DNA of 40,526 nt from a bacterium (GTDB taxonomy: Bacteria; SZUA-79; Acidulodesulfobacterales; Acidulodesulfobacteraceae). The position numbers and the translations under genes are program-made. The notes under the pieces are model-generated. The model did not search any database. It saw nothing but the letters and a program-made list of their open reading frames with translations, and had not been told where the DNA came from. How positions within the stretch are numbered: the stretch's first letter is position 1; the number at the start of each line of letters is the position of its first letter. The DNA is taken from positions 1 to 40,526 of the forward strand of contig DAHWHJ010000023.1 of assembly GCA_027335745.1 (NCBI GenBank), read 5' to 3'. Of this stretch, positions 26,520-36,679 are shown piece by piece.

Positions 26520-27362
26520 TTACTGCCCCTTATCAGCAGAATATCTGGGATCTAACGCATTTCTCACGGCTTCCCCTATAAGATTAAAGCTAAGCACGGT
26601 CAGCAATATGGCTATTCCGGGGAAAAGAGTAAGCCACCATGCCACCATTATATAAGTTTTTCCCCTCGACAACATTCCTCCCCAGCTTGCCGTCGGCGGC
26701 ATTATGCCTATTCCGAGAAAGGCGAGCGACGCCTGTATAAGAATTGCGCCCGCCACCCCGAGCGTCGCCGAAACTAAAATAGGCGCAATAGTATTAGGCA
26801 AAATTTCAAAAAACATAATATACGAATCGGATGCTCCCGCCGCTTTTGCCGCAAGAACATAGTCTTTTTCCCTATTCTGCGTAAATTCCGCCCTTATAAT
26901 CCTCGATATTCCCATCCACGAAGTCAAACCTATAATTATCATTATATTAATAATAGACGGCTTCAGTATCGCGCTTATCGCAAGAATCAAGAAAAAAGAA
27001 GGGAATGTGAGCATAATGTCCACGAATCTCATTAAGATGCTGTCCGTTACGCCTCCGTAATAGCCCGCATAAGCTCCGATAGGAATTCCGATTAGCAAAG
27101 AGAGCGAAACTGCGATAAAACCTACTTCTATCGAAATCCTGCCGCCGTAAATAAGCCTCGACAGGATGTCCCTTCCGAGCTGGTCTGTTCCAAGCAGATG
27201 AACCGGATTAGGCGGCTGTAAAATTGCGTTTACGTCGATTTTATCGGGATTATAGGGAGCTATATACGGCGCAAAAATAGCCGTAATTATAATAAGAAGT
27301 ATAAAAATCAAAGAAATCAGGGCAAGTTTATTTTTTTTAAAGGCATTGATAATTTCATTCAT
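26520..27362 (-). CDS. ABC transporter permease, DppC/OppC type
   Basis: It has an N-terminal anchor and the OppC N-terminal segment (APYNPDKIDV). The EAA-loop region reads ILRAEFTQNREKDYVLAAKAAGASD, and there are six TM helices. Confidence 0.88.
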   Translation of the reverse strand: MNEIINAFKKNKLALISLIFILLIIITAIFAPYIAPYNPDKIDVNAILQPPNPVHLLGTDQLGRDILSRLIYGGRISIEVGFIAVSLSLLIGIPIGAYAGYYGGVTDSILMRFVDIMLTFPSFFLILAISAILKPSIINIMIIIGLTSWMGISRIIRAEFTQNREKDYVLAAKAAGASDSYIMFFEILPNTIAPILVSATLGVAGAILIQASLAFLGIGIMPPTASWGGMLSRGKTYIMVAWWLTLFPGIAILLTVLSFNLIGEAVRNALDPRYSADKGQ

Positions 27363-27447
27363 AAATTCAAGATATAAAATTTTAATATTAATTCAAGGAT
27401 ATTATAATATATAATATATTTTTATAAAATAAAAAAGGCGCCTTAAT

Positions 27448-28419
27448 ATGGGAATATATATAGCCAAAAGAATTTTATTTATGATACCTATTTTAATAGG
27501 CATCACGTTAATATCTTTTTTTGTTATTCATCTTGCCCCGGGAAACCCCCTGACGGAACAATTAGGTTTAAATCCAAGAGTATCGGCTTCTTCGAGACTT
27601 ATGCTCACAAGGCTGTACGGCTTGAACAAACCGCTTTTAACGCAGTATTTCGACTGGCTTAAAAGAATAGTCACGCTCGACTTCGGCGTTTCGTTTACCG
27701 CAAATCATGAGCCGGTAATAACGGAAATTAGAAGAACTATAGGCATCACGATTCTTATCAATTCTTTTGCCCTGATATTCATATTTTTATTTTCCGTTCC
27801 GCTTGGGGTGCTGTCGGCGGTAAAACACGATTCTCTTTTCGATAAAGTTACTACGGTTTTGGTATTTATAGGATTTGCGGCGCCTTCTTTCTGGGTCGCC
27901 CTCCTGCTTATTATATTTTTTGGAATAGACTTGCACATTTTACCTATCGGCGGAATAACTTCCATAGGCTATAATTTTCTTTCGCCGCAGGGAAAAATAA
28001 TCGATATTGCCAAACATCTTATAATGCCGGTGTTCGTCGCCGGATTTGGCGGAATCGCCGGTCTTTCGAGGTATTTAAAGGGCAATATGCTCGAAGTTTA
28101 CAGACAGGATTATATTATCACCGCAAGGGCAAAAGGATTAAAAGAGCGGACGGTCATTTATAAACATGCAATGAAAAATGCTTTGATACCTTTTATAACT
28201 ATACTGGGCTTAAGCGTTCCGGGTCTTATCGGCGGAAGCGTAATAATAGAAACTATATTCGACATAAACGGAATGGGAAGACTTTTTTATCAGAGCGTCC
28301 TTGCCCGCGACTATCCGACTATTATGGGAATATTGGTAATAGGCGCGGCGCTTACCCTTATCGGCAACCTTTTAGCCGATATAGCTTATGCAATGGTAGA
28401 TCCCCGGTTAAGAAAGTAA
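27448..28419 (+). CDS. ABC transporter permease, DppB/OppB type
   Basis: ILFMIPILIGITLISFFVIHLAPGNP is present. The EAA-loop region reads YRQDYIITARAKGLKERTVIYKHAMKNALIP, and the C-terminus is ADIAYAMVDPRLR. Confidence 0.88.
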   Translation: MGIYIAKRILFMIPILIGITLISFFVIHLAPGNPLTEQLGLNPRVSASSRLMLTRLYGLNKPLLTQYFDWLKRIVTLDFGVSFTANHEPVITEIRRTIGITILINSFALIFIFLFSVPLGVLSAVKHDSLFDKVTTVLVFIGFAAPSFWVALLLIIFFGIDLHILPIGGITSIGYNFLSPQGKIIDIAKHLIMPVFVAGFGGIAGLSRYLKGNMLEVYRQDYIITARAKGLKERTVIYKHAMKNALIPFITILGLSVPGLIGGSVIIETIFDINGMGRLFYQSVLARDYPTIMGILVIGAALTLIGNLLADIAYAMVDPRLRK

Positions 28420-31400
28420 ACCGGATGCGCCGCCGTTTCCCTCATTTTTATTTAAATCCTTTCCTATAAACATATAGACCGTCGGAACTATAAATATGGT
28501 CAGGAACGTGCCTATTCCAAGTCCCGCCGCTATAACTAAACCTATATCGAACCTGCTGACGGCTCCGGCTCCGGTAGCGATTAAAAGAGGCACGACGCCG
28601 AAAACCATTGCGGCGGTGGTCATAAGTATCGGTCTGAGCCTTATCGCTGAGGCCTGCTCTATAGCCGAGCGTTTATCTAAACCTTCTTTCTGTAAATCAT
28701 TTGCAAACTTAGTAATAAGTATTCCATGCTTGCTGACAAGCCCGATAAGCGTAACAAGCCCCACTTCGGTATAAATATTAATAGTCGCAAAACCAAGGCT
28801 TAAAAATATCAATGCTCCGGTTAGCGACATAGGAACGCTTATGAGAATAATAACAGGGTCTATGAAACTGTCGAACAGGGCGGCAAGAATAAGATATATA
28901 ATTATCAGCGAGAAGAAAAAAGTTACTATCATAGCCGAACCTTCCTCAACGTACTGGCGGGACTGTCCGGCAAAATTATATGAAAACCCTTTAGGAAATA
29001 TGTTCTTCGAAGTATTTTCGAGATAACTTAACGCCTGACCGATGGTTACGCCGGGCTTGGCAACGGCGGATACCGTAACGGAATTTAACTGGTTAAACTG
29101 ATTTAAGGATTCCGGCACGACTACGGTTTTAATCTTTATAAAGCTTGACAGCGGAACCATATTTCCGTTTGAAGCCTGAATATAATAGTTTTTCAACATA
29201 TTCGGAGTAAATCTGTATTTCTGCAAAACCTGAGGTATGACTTTGTAGCTGTAACCGTTCAATTCAAACCAATTGACGTAATTTTCGCTGAGCATGGTCG
29301 AAAGAGTGTTTCCTATTTCCTGCATATTTACTCCCATGCTCTGAGCTTTATTCTTGTTTATGGAAATTTTTAACTGCGGCTCATCGTATTTGAGATCGCT
29401 GTCCATATATAAAAACAAGCCGCTCTGCATTGCTTTTCCCATAAGGCTGTCGGTTACGCTCCTTAATTCGGCATAATTCGACGTCGAGTTAACGACAAAC
29501 TCTACCGGCAGACCCTGCGAACCGGGCAGGCTCGGCAGGGCAAACGCAACTAATTTTAATCCCGTTACCGAATTTAATTTCTGCTGGAGAACCGGCGTTA
29601 ACTGCATCTGCGTTTTTTTTCTCTCGTCCCACGGTTTAAGTATTAAACCGGATATGAGGCTGTTATTTCCCGAAACCCCAAGCGCCATAAAATACCTGTC
29701 CATTTCGGGAATAGAATAATATATGCCGCTCATCTGTTTTGCATAAACGTTAAGGTTTTTAAAAGTGGAGGTAGGCGAAGCCGTCCCCATAACGAATATA
29801 ACCCCCTGGTCTTCGGTAGGCGCAAGTTCGCTTTTCGTAGTTACGAATAGGAAATATGCGCTGACCAAAACGGCTATTATAACTAAAGCTACGACCGGCT
29901 TATAATCAAGCAAGCTATGAAGTATCTTGGAATAAATGGATTTAATTTTATCGAAAGATGCGTCTAAAAAGTGCGTAAAACCCTTTTTACCCATATCTTC
30001 CTTAAGAAATTTGGAAGACAACATTGGGGAAAGCGTCAAAGCTATAATGCCGGATATCAGGACTGCGCCCGCCAGCGAAAAAGCAAATTCGGTAAACAGC
30101 GCTCCGGTCAGCCCGCCCATAAAACCGATAGGCAGAAAGACCGCTACGAGCGTAATCGACATAGCTATAATAGGAATGCCTAATTCCCTTGCGGCGACAA
30201 GAGCGGCTTCTACCGGTTTTTTGCCTTCTTCGATATGCCTGCTGACATTTTCGACTACGATAATCGCGTCGTCCACGACGAGTCCGATGGCCAGAACCAT
30301 GGCAAGCAGGGTCAGGAGGTTTATCGAATAATGCAGGTAATACATTATAAACAGATCGCCGATTATGGAAAGGGGTATCGCTATTACCGGAATTATTACG
30401 CTTCTTGCCGAACCGAGAAACAGAAATATGACTATAATAACGATTATCAAAGTTTCTACTACGGCTTTTACGACTTCGTTAATGGAACTGCTTATAAAAA
30501 CAGTCCTGTCGAATGCCACCCTCAGTTTTATATGCGCCGGAAGCTGTTGTTTCAAGGATGGAAGCATTTTTCTTATGTTTTTAACCACCGTCAGCGGGTT
30601 GGCGGTCGGAGTAGTAAATATACCCATAACGACGGCTTTCTCCCCGTTCATTATATTGCCCGCGTCGTAACTGATAGAACCCATTTCGACCGTGCCTATA
30701 TCTTTTATTCTTATCAATGTACCGCCGTCGTTGGCTACTACTAAATTTTTAAATTGCTTGACGCTGTTTAAAAGAGTATCTGCGGATATATTTACTTGTA
30801 TGTAATTTCCTTTGGTATATCCGTTTGAAGATATATAGTTATTGTTCGCAAGCGCCTGAGAAACTTCGACGGGAGTAACGTTAAATTCCGCCATTTTTTT
30901 CGGGTTGAGCCATATTCTCATTCCAAACTGCTTATTACCGTAAATCATTACCTGACCTACTCCGCTTATAGACTGAATTTTGGGTTGAACCGCTCTCGTC
31001 AGATAATCCGTCATCTGCGAACTACTTAACGATTTTGACGTAAAAGCCAGATAAAGATAAGCCAGATTCGTCACGCTCGTTTTTGTAATTACGGGAAGCT
31101 GGGACTGTTTCGGAAGCTGGTTAAGGACGGAATTTACCTGCGCAAGAACCTCGGCAAGCGCGGCGTTAGGGTTATAATTTAATTTCATAAAAACCTGAAT
31201 AGTGCTGACGCCTTCAGTGCTCGAAGACGTCATATAGTCGATGCCTTCCGAAGAAGCGATTGCCCTTTCGAGAGGCATAGTAATAAAACCCTGCACTACA
31301 TTTGCGCTGGCGCCCGGATACGCCGTCTGAACGGTAACCAAAGTATCCTCGACTTTGGGATATTCCCTGACGGAAAGTTCCGACAATGACCTTGCGCCCA

Positions 31401-31470
31401 GAATTAAAATGATAAGGCTAAGGACTATTGCAAGAACAGGTTTCTTTATGAATATATCGGTAAAACTCAT
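28408..31470 (-). CDS. RND efflux transporter permease (HAE1, AcrB/MdtB-like)
   Basis: It is 1020 aa, begins FIKKPVLAIVLSLIILILG, and has a 12-TM architecture with two large periplasmic loops. The conserved TM4 region reads AIGLVVDDAIIVVEN. Confidence 0.92.
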   Translation of the reverse strand: MSFTDIFIKKPVLAIVLSLIILILGARSLSELSVREYPKVEDTLVTVQTAYPGASANVVQGFITMPLERAIASSEGIDYMTSSSTEGVSTIQVFMKLNYNPNAALAEVLAQVNSVLNQLPKQSQLPVITKTSVTNLAYLYLAFTSKSLSSSQMTDYLTRAVQPKIQSISGVGQVMIYGNKQFGMRIWLNPKKMAEFNVTPVEVSQALANNNYISSNGYTKGNYIQVNISADTLLNSVKQFKNLVVANDGGTLIRIKDIGTVEMGSISYDAGNIMNGEKAVVMGIFTTPTANPLTVVKNIRKMLPSLKQQLPAHIKLRVAFDRTVFISSSINEVVKAVVETLIIVIIVIFLFLGSARSVIIPVIAIPLSIIGDLFIMYYLHYSINLLTLLAMVLAIGLVVDDAIIVVENVSRHIEEGKKPVEAALVAARELGIPIIAMSITLVAVFLPIGFMGGLTGALFTEFAFSLAGAVLISGIIALTLSPMLSSKFLKEDMGKKGFTHFLDASFDKIKSIYSKILHSLLDYKPVVALVIIAVLVSAYFLFVTTKSELAPTEDQGVIFVMGTASPTSTFKNLNVYAKQMSGIYYSIPEMDRYFMALGVSGNNSLISGLILKPWDERKKTQMQLTPVLQQKLNSVTGLKLVAFALPSLPGSQGLPVEFVVNSTSNYAELRSVTDSLMGKAMQSGLFLYMDSDLKYDEPQLKISINKNKAQSMGVNMQEIGNTLSTMLSENYVNWFELNGYSYKVIPQVLQKYRFTPNMLKNYYIQASNGNMVPLSSFIKIKTVVVPESLNQFNQLNSVTVSAVAKPGVTIGQALSYLENTSKNIFPKGFSYNFAGQSRQYVEEGSAMIVTFFFSLIIIYLILAALFDSFIDPVIILISVPMSLTGALIFLSLGFATINIYTEVGLVTLIGLVSKHGILITKFANDLQKEGLDKRSAIEQASAIRLRPILMTTAAMVFGVVPLLIATGAGAVSRFDIGLVIAAGLGIGTFLTIFIVPTVYMFIGKDLNKNEGNGGASGLLS

Positions 31471-32588
31471 TTATGATTCCCCTTTATGCCCTTATTTTTA
31501 TTAGAATTATTAGCGTCGTTTTCAATTATAACGGGTGCGCCGTTTCTAAGCTTAACTTGTCCTGCCGTTACGACGGTCACGCCGGCTTTTAAACCTTTTA
31601 AAATAACTACGGTATCTTTTCTCTGCGGTCCCACGGTAACGTAATCAGTGTTTACTATATATTGTCCATTCTTTTTAACGACGACGTAAAGAAAATCTCC
31701 GTAAGGATTGTATGTTACGGCAGTAGCGGGAACGGTAACTACATTATGTATCAGCGGAAGGAAAACTCTTCCGGTTACGAACATCCCCGGTCTTAAAATC
31801 ATATCATCGTTATTTATTATTACCCTGACGGTTATATTGCGGGAAACCGTGTTAACGTCTATGCTTATAGTTTTTATTCTGCCCGTAAAAACCTTATGAT
31901 AAGAATCCAGTTCCACCCTTACCTTCTGATTTATTTTTAAACTGTGGATGTCATTCTGCGGCATCGTAAAATCGATATAAATGGGATTGACGGAATAAAG
32001 AGGAATAATATTAGTCCCCGGTTGAATATACTGTCCTAGATTAACCGAGCTTGAATTTCTTATTCCTACTATACCTGAAAAAGGAGCTTTAACCGTCATA
32101 TGGTTTATAACGACTTCGGTTTGACTTATTAAGGCTTCGTTCTGTTTCAAAGCGGAAAGCATTTGAATATAGGACGCTTTTGAAACCGCATTTTTCTTGT
32201 AAGCTTTTTTATACTGCAGATAATTAAATTTATTGATTATTAATTGCGATTTATATTGTCTTAACTGGGCAAGCTGGAGGGAATCGTCCAATTTAACGAG
32301 GACCTGATTTTTTTTTACGAACTCGCCCGATTTAAAATATATGCCTTTTACCTGACCCGCTACCTGAGTGGTTACGTTTACCGAATTTATCGCCGTTACG
32401 TTTCCTATAGTGTGTATATAGGGCTGCCAGTCGCCTATTTTAGAAACGGCTACGGATACCGACGCAGGGGGATATTTCATCATTTTCATCTTCTGCCCGA
32501 TTTCGTAACCTTTGTAGGCTTTGTATCCAAATATCCCGCCGAATATAACGGCTAAAATAAGAATAGTTATTACAAATCTTTTAATCAT
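31467..32588 (-). CDS. RND periplasmic adaptor (membrane fusion protein)
   Basis: It has an N-terminal anchor, a lipoyl/hairpin/beta-barrel layout (VTTQVAGQVKGIYFKSGEFVKKNQVLVKLDD) and a 4-nt ATGA overlap with the pump gene. Confidence 0.88.
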   Translation of the reverse strand: MIKRFVITILILAVIFGGIFGYKAYKGYEIGQKMKMMKYPPASVSVAVSKIGDWQPYIHTIGNVTAINSVNVTTQVAGQVKGIYFKSGEFVKKNQVLVKLDDSLQLAQLRQYKSQLIINKFNYLQYKKAYKKNAVSKASYIQMLSALKQNEALISQTEVVINHMTVKAPFSGIVGIRNSSSVNLGQYIQPGTNIIPLYSVNPIYIDFTMPQNDIHSLKINQKVRVELDSYHKVFTGRIKTISIDVNTVSRNITVRVIINNDDMILRPGMFVTGRVFLPLIHNVVTVPATAVTYNPYGDFLYVVVKKNGQYIVNTDYVTVGPQRKDTVVILKGLKAGVTVVTAGQVKLRNGAPVIIENDANNSNKNKGIKGNHK

Positions 32589-32635
32589 AAAATTACCTTT
32601 TATTTAATGTTTCAATATTAAAATTAAAAAATCGG

Positions 32636-32665
32636 TTGACAATATGACTTTATAGTCAGTATAAT
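32636..32665 (+). promoter_or_regulatory. Canonical promoter (TTGACA, 18 nt spacer, TATAAT) with an embedded TGACT-N4-AGTCA palindrome
   Basis: The -35 is at 32636-32641 and the -10 at 32660-32665. The inverted repeat at 32645-32658 lies inside the spacer. The promoter drives the OMF gene. A weaker divergent candidate (TTGACT, 17 nt spacer, TATTCT) lies on the minus strand at 32668-32696. Confidence 0.55.
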
Positions 32666-32715
32666 TTAGAATATAACAAAATTAAAATTCAGTCAATAAA
32701 TTTTTAATCCCTTTA

Positions 32716-34191
32716 ATGATGAAAATAAATAAAATTAAAATTTTGCTCTTGTTACTTTGCACGGGATTCGGCTCTACTTTTATTTTAAGCGGATGCAGTT
32801 TATTCAGTCGTCCAAAAAAAATTGAGGTAAAAATTCCTCAAAGATTCAAATATGCCGTTAAAGCCGGAAACATTCCCATAAAAAACGACTGGTGGAAAAA
32901 TTTTGGGGATAAACGGCTCGATATTTTAGTCGATAAGGCGGTCAAAAATAATCTGAACTATCTTATAGCCGTAAAAAATATTCAGGTTGCCAAAACTTAC
33001 GTTTCACAGAATGAATCTAATTTATTTCCGGTCGTAAATTTTAATTTCAGCTCTACGAGAAATAAACTTCCGGGCTACGAAACTTCGATATTTTCCGGCA
33101 AGGGGTCTTCGGGCGCTCCTTCCACCGTCATTTACAATTTAAATCAGGCAGGGCTGAATGCTTCTTACGAATTAGACGTCTGGAATCAGGTTAACAACGC
33201 CGTAAAACAGGCTAAAGCAAATGCAGCCGTTTCTAAAGAAGATGCCGACGTAATAAAATTGACCCTTATAAGCAACGTTGCGGATGATTATTTCCAAATA
33301 GCCTCTTTAAACGCATCCATTAATAATTTGAAAAAGCAGTATATTGCACAGAAAGAAATTTTAAGACTTAATATAATCCAATATAAAGACGGTCTTATAG
33401 ATGCGGAACCGGTAGAAGCCGCAAAAACAAATTTAGAAATTTTAAAAACGGAGTTGAACGATTCTATAGAACTAAAAGAAATAACTAAAAATACTTTAGC
33501 TTATTATCTCGGAAAGTTTCCTGAAAAATTTAAATTTCGAGTGGGTTCAAATATGAAAAAATTTAAATTAATTATGCCCGTAGATTATTATTCAAAGTTA
33601 ATTCCACCGAATATACCTTCCGATATATTAACTCAAAGACCGGACGTAAAAGCGGCAGAGTATAACGTCCTGTCGTATGCCTATGCAAAAAAAGAAAGTC
33701 TCGCAAATTTTTTTCCAACTTTCAGCCTGACGGGAAATTATGGTTATGCAAGCCCGAGTTTAGATAATTTTATTACCGACACGAACAGCATTTGGAATTT
33801 CGGTTTGAATATTTTAGCCCCTATATTTAATTATAAGACGAATACAAGCATTTATAAAAGGTCGAAACTGCAGTATCGACAGGCGGTACTTAGCTATAGA
33901 AATGCCGTCCTCAATGCTTTCAGTGAAACCGACAACGCTCTCGCGATCTACAAAAGAGACCGTAAAATTTTAAAAAGCTACGAAAATAATTTTAACTTTT
34001 CGCTGAAACTTTTTCATATTTACAAGGTTCAATATGAAACGGGAATTTCAAGCCGGATAATATATCTGACTTATAAATTAGATATGCTTAATGCCGAATA
34101 TAATCTTATAAATCAAAACCTGCTTTTGCGGGAAGACGTTATAGGCGTTTATAATGCGCTCGGCATGGGATTAAAGAGAAAGAGTAAGTGA
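32716..34191 (+). CDS. Outer-membrane efflux factor lipoprotein (NodT/TolC family)
   Basis: A lipobox LSGC is present, followed by the two-repeat TolC-like architecture. The blocks WWKNFGD..LD and QRPDVKAAEYN are typical of NodT-type OMFs. Confidence 0.88.
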   Translation: MMKINKIKILLLLLCTGFGSTFILSGCSLFSRPKKIEVKIPQRFKYAVKAGNIPIKNDWWKNFGDKRLDILVDKAVKNNLNYLIAVKNIQVAKTYVSQNESNLFPVVNFNFSSTRNKLPGYETSIFSGKGSSGAPSTVIYNLNQAGLNASYELDVWNQVNNAVKQAKANAAVSKEDADVIKLTLISNVADDYFQIASLNASINNLKKQYIAQKEILRLNIIQYKDGLIDAEPVEAAKTNLEILKTELNDSIELKEITKNTLAYYLGKFPEKFKFRVGSNMKKFKLIMPVDYYSKLIPPNIPSDILTQRPDVKAAEYNVLSYAYAKKESLANFFPTFSLTGNYGYASPSLDNFITDTNSIWNFGLNILAPIFNYKTNTSIYKRSKLQYRQAVLSYRNAVLNAFSETDNALAIYKRDRKILKSYENNFNFSLKLFHIYKVQYETGISSRIIYLTYKLDMLNAEYNLINQNLLLREDVIGVYNALGMGLKRKSK

Positions 34192-34192
34192 A

Positions 34193-34873
34193 TTAATATT
34201 CAGGCAAATTTCTTAAATCCTTTCCGAGTTCCATATATAGAAGCAGTTCCATAATCTTCTGGGCATGGTCGGCGAATCTTTCGTATTTTCTGGCAATAAA
34301 TATATACGTTATGTTGTTCTCGAGCGTAGTTAAATTTTTTATGGAGGCGTTTATAATATCTACCACTATTTTATGAGACAGCATATCTATAACGTTTTCG
34401 TCTTTTATTATTACATCTTTCAGCCCTATATTGTCTTTTGCGCCGTCGGCATACATTTTCATCGCCATTTTAAGCATTTCGCCGTCTCTTGCGGCGACGT
34501 CTTCCAGATATGAATATACGCACTTAAACTCTTCGGAAGACGAAGTCCCGTCCGTTAGTTTAAGTCCTATCTGACACACGGAGGCGCATAAATCGCCCAT
34601 TCTTTCAAGGTCGGTTATTATTTTCATCGTGGTCGTTATAAACATTAAATCTGCCGCTTCAGGTTGGTATAAAGCAAGAAGCTTTATACAGCTTTCGTTA
34701 ACACTCACTTCTATTGAATTAACTTTAAGGTCGTTTTTAATAGTTTCTTCCGCAAGATTTTTGTCCCTCTCGAATAAAAATCTTGTTGCATCGTTAAGCT
34801 GACTGTTAACAATCTCGCTCATTTCAACGACGCTTTTCTTTAATTTCATTAACTCGTTATCTAGTATATTCAT
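34193..34873 (-). CDS. phoU: Phosphate signalling complex protein PhoU
   Basis: It has two PhoU repeats with the DLERMGD and YERFADHA metal-site motifs. I prefer the ATG at 34873, which has a GGGGTGA SD. The ORF-track start is a GTG at 34888. Confidence 0.9.
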   Translation of the reverse strand: MNILDNELMKLKKSVVEMSEIVNSQLNDATRFLFERDKNLAEETIKNDLKVNSIEVSVNESCIKLLALYQPEAADLMFITTTMKIITDLERMGDLCASVCQIGLKLTDGTSSSEEFKCVYSYLEDVAARDGEMLKMAMKMYADGAKDNIGLKDVIIKDENVIDMLSHKIVVDIINASIKNLTTLENNITYIFIARKYERFADHAQKIMELLLYMELGKDLRNLPEY

Positions 34874-34913
34874 ATATTCACCCCGCACGTCCCTTTTCTA
34901 AAAAATTATAATT

Positions 34914-35696
34914 TTAATATCTGCTTGTAATAAAATTTTCCGTTCTTTTGTCTTTAGGTCTTGTAAAGAAATTTCCTGCTTCGTCGAATTCTATAAGTTC
35001 GCCGTCAAGAAAAAAACCGCTGTAATCCGAAATTCTGCCGGACTGCTGAACATTATGGCTTACGACTATTATAGTATAATACTTCTTAAACGAATTTATC
35101 AAATCAAGTATAATGCTTGTCGAAACCGGATCTAAATAAGCGGTCGGTTCATCCATTAAGAGTATCGACGGATTTGTCGCTATCGCCCTTGCTATGCAGA
35201 GTCTCTGCTGTTGTCCGCCGGAAAGAGAAAGCGCGGACTTGTTCAGTTTATCTTTGACTTCGTCGTAAAGTCCCGAATATTTCAAACATTTTTCTACGCG
35301 TTCCACAATGAAATCTTTATTTTTTATGCCGTGTATTTTTAATCCGAAAGCTATATTATCAAAAATAGATTTGGGGAACGGATTGGGATTTTGAAATACC
35401 ATGCCTATATCCCTCCTTAATTCCACCACGTCAACCGACTTATCGTATATATTTTTCCCGTTAATCAAAACCTCGCCGGTCAGTTTTGCGCCTTCGGTAT
35501 AATCGTTCATTCTGTTAAGCGTCCTTAAGAATGTAGATTTTCCGCAGCCCGAAGGACCTAAAAGCGTGCATACCGAATTTTTTTTGAAATAAAGATTGAC
35601 CGATTTTAAAAGATGATAATTGCCGTAATAAAAATTCAGGTCTTTAACATCGACTACTATGTTATCGGCACTGTCTTCCTTTATATTTTCGGGCAT
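34914..35696 (-). CDS. pstB: Phosphate ABC transporter ATP-binding protein
   Basis: It has Walker A (GPSGCGKST), the signature LSGGQQQRLCIARA and Walker B (ILLMDEPT). The PstB-specific C-terminal F(F)T.P block is also present. Confidence 0.95.
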   Translation of the reverse strand: MPENIKEDSADNIVVDVKDLNFYYGNYHLLKSVNLYFKKNSVCTLLGPSGCGKSTFLRTLNRMNDYTEGAKLTGEVLINGKNIYDKSVDVVELRRDIGMVFQNPNPFPKSIFDNIAFGLKIHGIKNKDFIVERVEKCLKYSGLYDEVKDKLNKSALSLSGGQQQRLCIARAIATNPSILLMDEPTAYLDPVSTSIILDLINSFKKYYTIIVVSHNVQQSGRISDYSGFFLDGELIEFDEAGNFFTRPKDKRTENFITSRY

Positions 35697-35738
35697 AAAA
35701 TTTAATTCCTCCTCTAACTATTGTAACTACAAATATAA

Positions 35739-36650
35739 CTATAAAATAAATCTTTTGGCCAAATAATTTATTAATCTTAATCCTAAATCCAAGACGAATA
35801 TAAAAAGCAGTAACACCACGGATGCGGCTTCTGCTTTGTAATGCAGTATTTTAGAGGGTTCATGGATATATATGAATATAAGCATCGCCAGATCTCCTAC
35901 CGCACCGCCGGGACCGGTAACGCCGGTGGGCATACCCGTATTATAATAATTTGTAAATAAGAGCGGCGCCGTCTGTCCGATTATATTCATTACTCCAAGC
36001 AATATTCCGATAAATATGCCTCCGAGCGCGGCTTTCAGTATTACCGCCCGCGTAGCCTGCCATTTAGTAGCTCCGAGCGCAAGGGCGCCTTCTATATAGC
36101 TTGCGGGAATCTGATTAACCGCCTGCTCGGTTAGAAGAGTAATAATCGGGGTCATAATAAAACCGAGCGTAAGACCGCCGGCAAGAGCCGAAAACCCGAA
36201 ATGAAAACCGGGTCCGGCATTGGTAGAAAAAACATAAAACCCTACGATACCCCAAACGATAGAAGGAATGCCTATCATAAGTTCGTTTAAAAGCCTTAGA
36301 AAACCGTTCATTCTTTTCCTGCCGAAAAGCGACAGATACAATCCTGTTCCTATCCCTATAGGAACGGCAAGAATAGAGGCTATTACCACAAGATAAACGT
36401 CGCCGATAACGGCGTTTAATATTCCGCCTTCGGCGCCTATAGGAAACCCGGTAGGAAGCGTCGAAATAAAATGCCAGTTAAGATATTTATATCCTATCGA
36501 AACAGCCTTATAGATAATGTGAAAAACGGGAAAAGAGCCTATAATGAAAGCCGTTACCGCAAAAAATACGGCAACGTTATTATAAAATTTTTTCCTTTTA
36601 AGATATCCCCTGTTTACCGGAAATACCGGCTCATGCGATTGTTGTTCCAT
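35739..36650 (-). CDS. pstA: Phosphate ABC transporter permease PstA
   Basis: It is polytopic, with the EAA-like motif YIEGALALGATKWQATRAVILKAA. It is the second permease in the pst order. Confidence 0.9.
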   Translation of the reverse strand: MEQQSHEPVFPVNRGYLKRKKFYNNVAVFFAVTAFIIGSFPVFHIIYKAVSIGYKYLNWHFISTLPTGFPIGAEGGILNAVIGDVYLVVIASILAVPIGIGTGLYLSLFGRKRMNGFLRLLNELMIGIPSIVWGIVGFYVFSTNAGPGFHFGFSALAGGLTLGFIMTPIITLLTEQAVNQIPASYIEGALALGATKWQATRAVILKAALGGIFIGILLGVMNIIGQTAPLLFTNYYNTGMPTGVTGPGGAVGDLAMLIFIYIHEPSKILHYKAEAASVVLLLFIFVLDLGLRLINYLAKRFIL

Positions 36651-36679
36651 TTTTATTAAATAAAATTTTAGTTTTTTTA

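Noticed and set aside
28496-30744. Several plus-strand ORFs (61-169 aa) inside the RND pump gene.
   Set aside because: They are antisense to a full-length 1020-aa AcrB-type gene. Arg/Tyr/His-rich or Ile/Ala-rich shadow frames are expected from membrane-protein codon bias.
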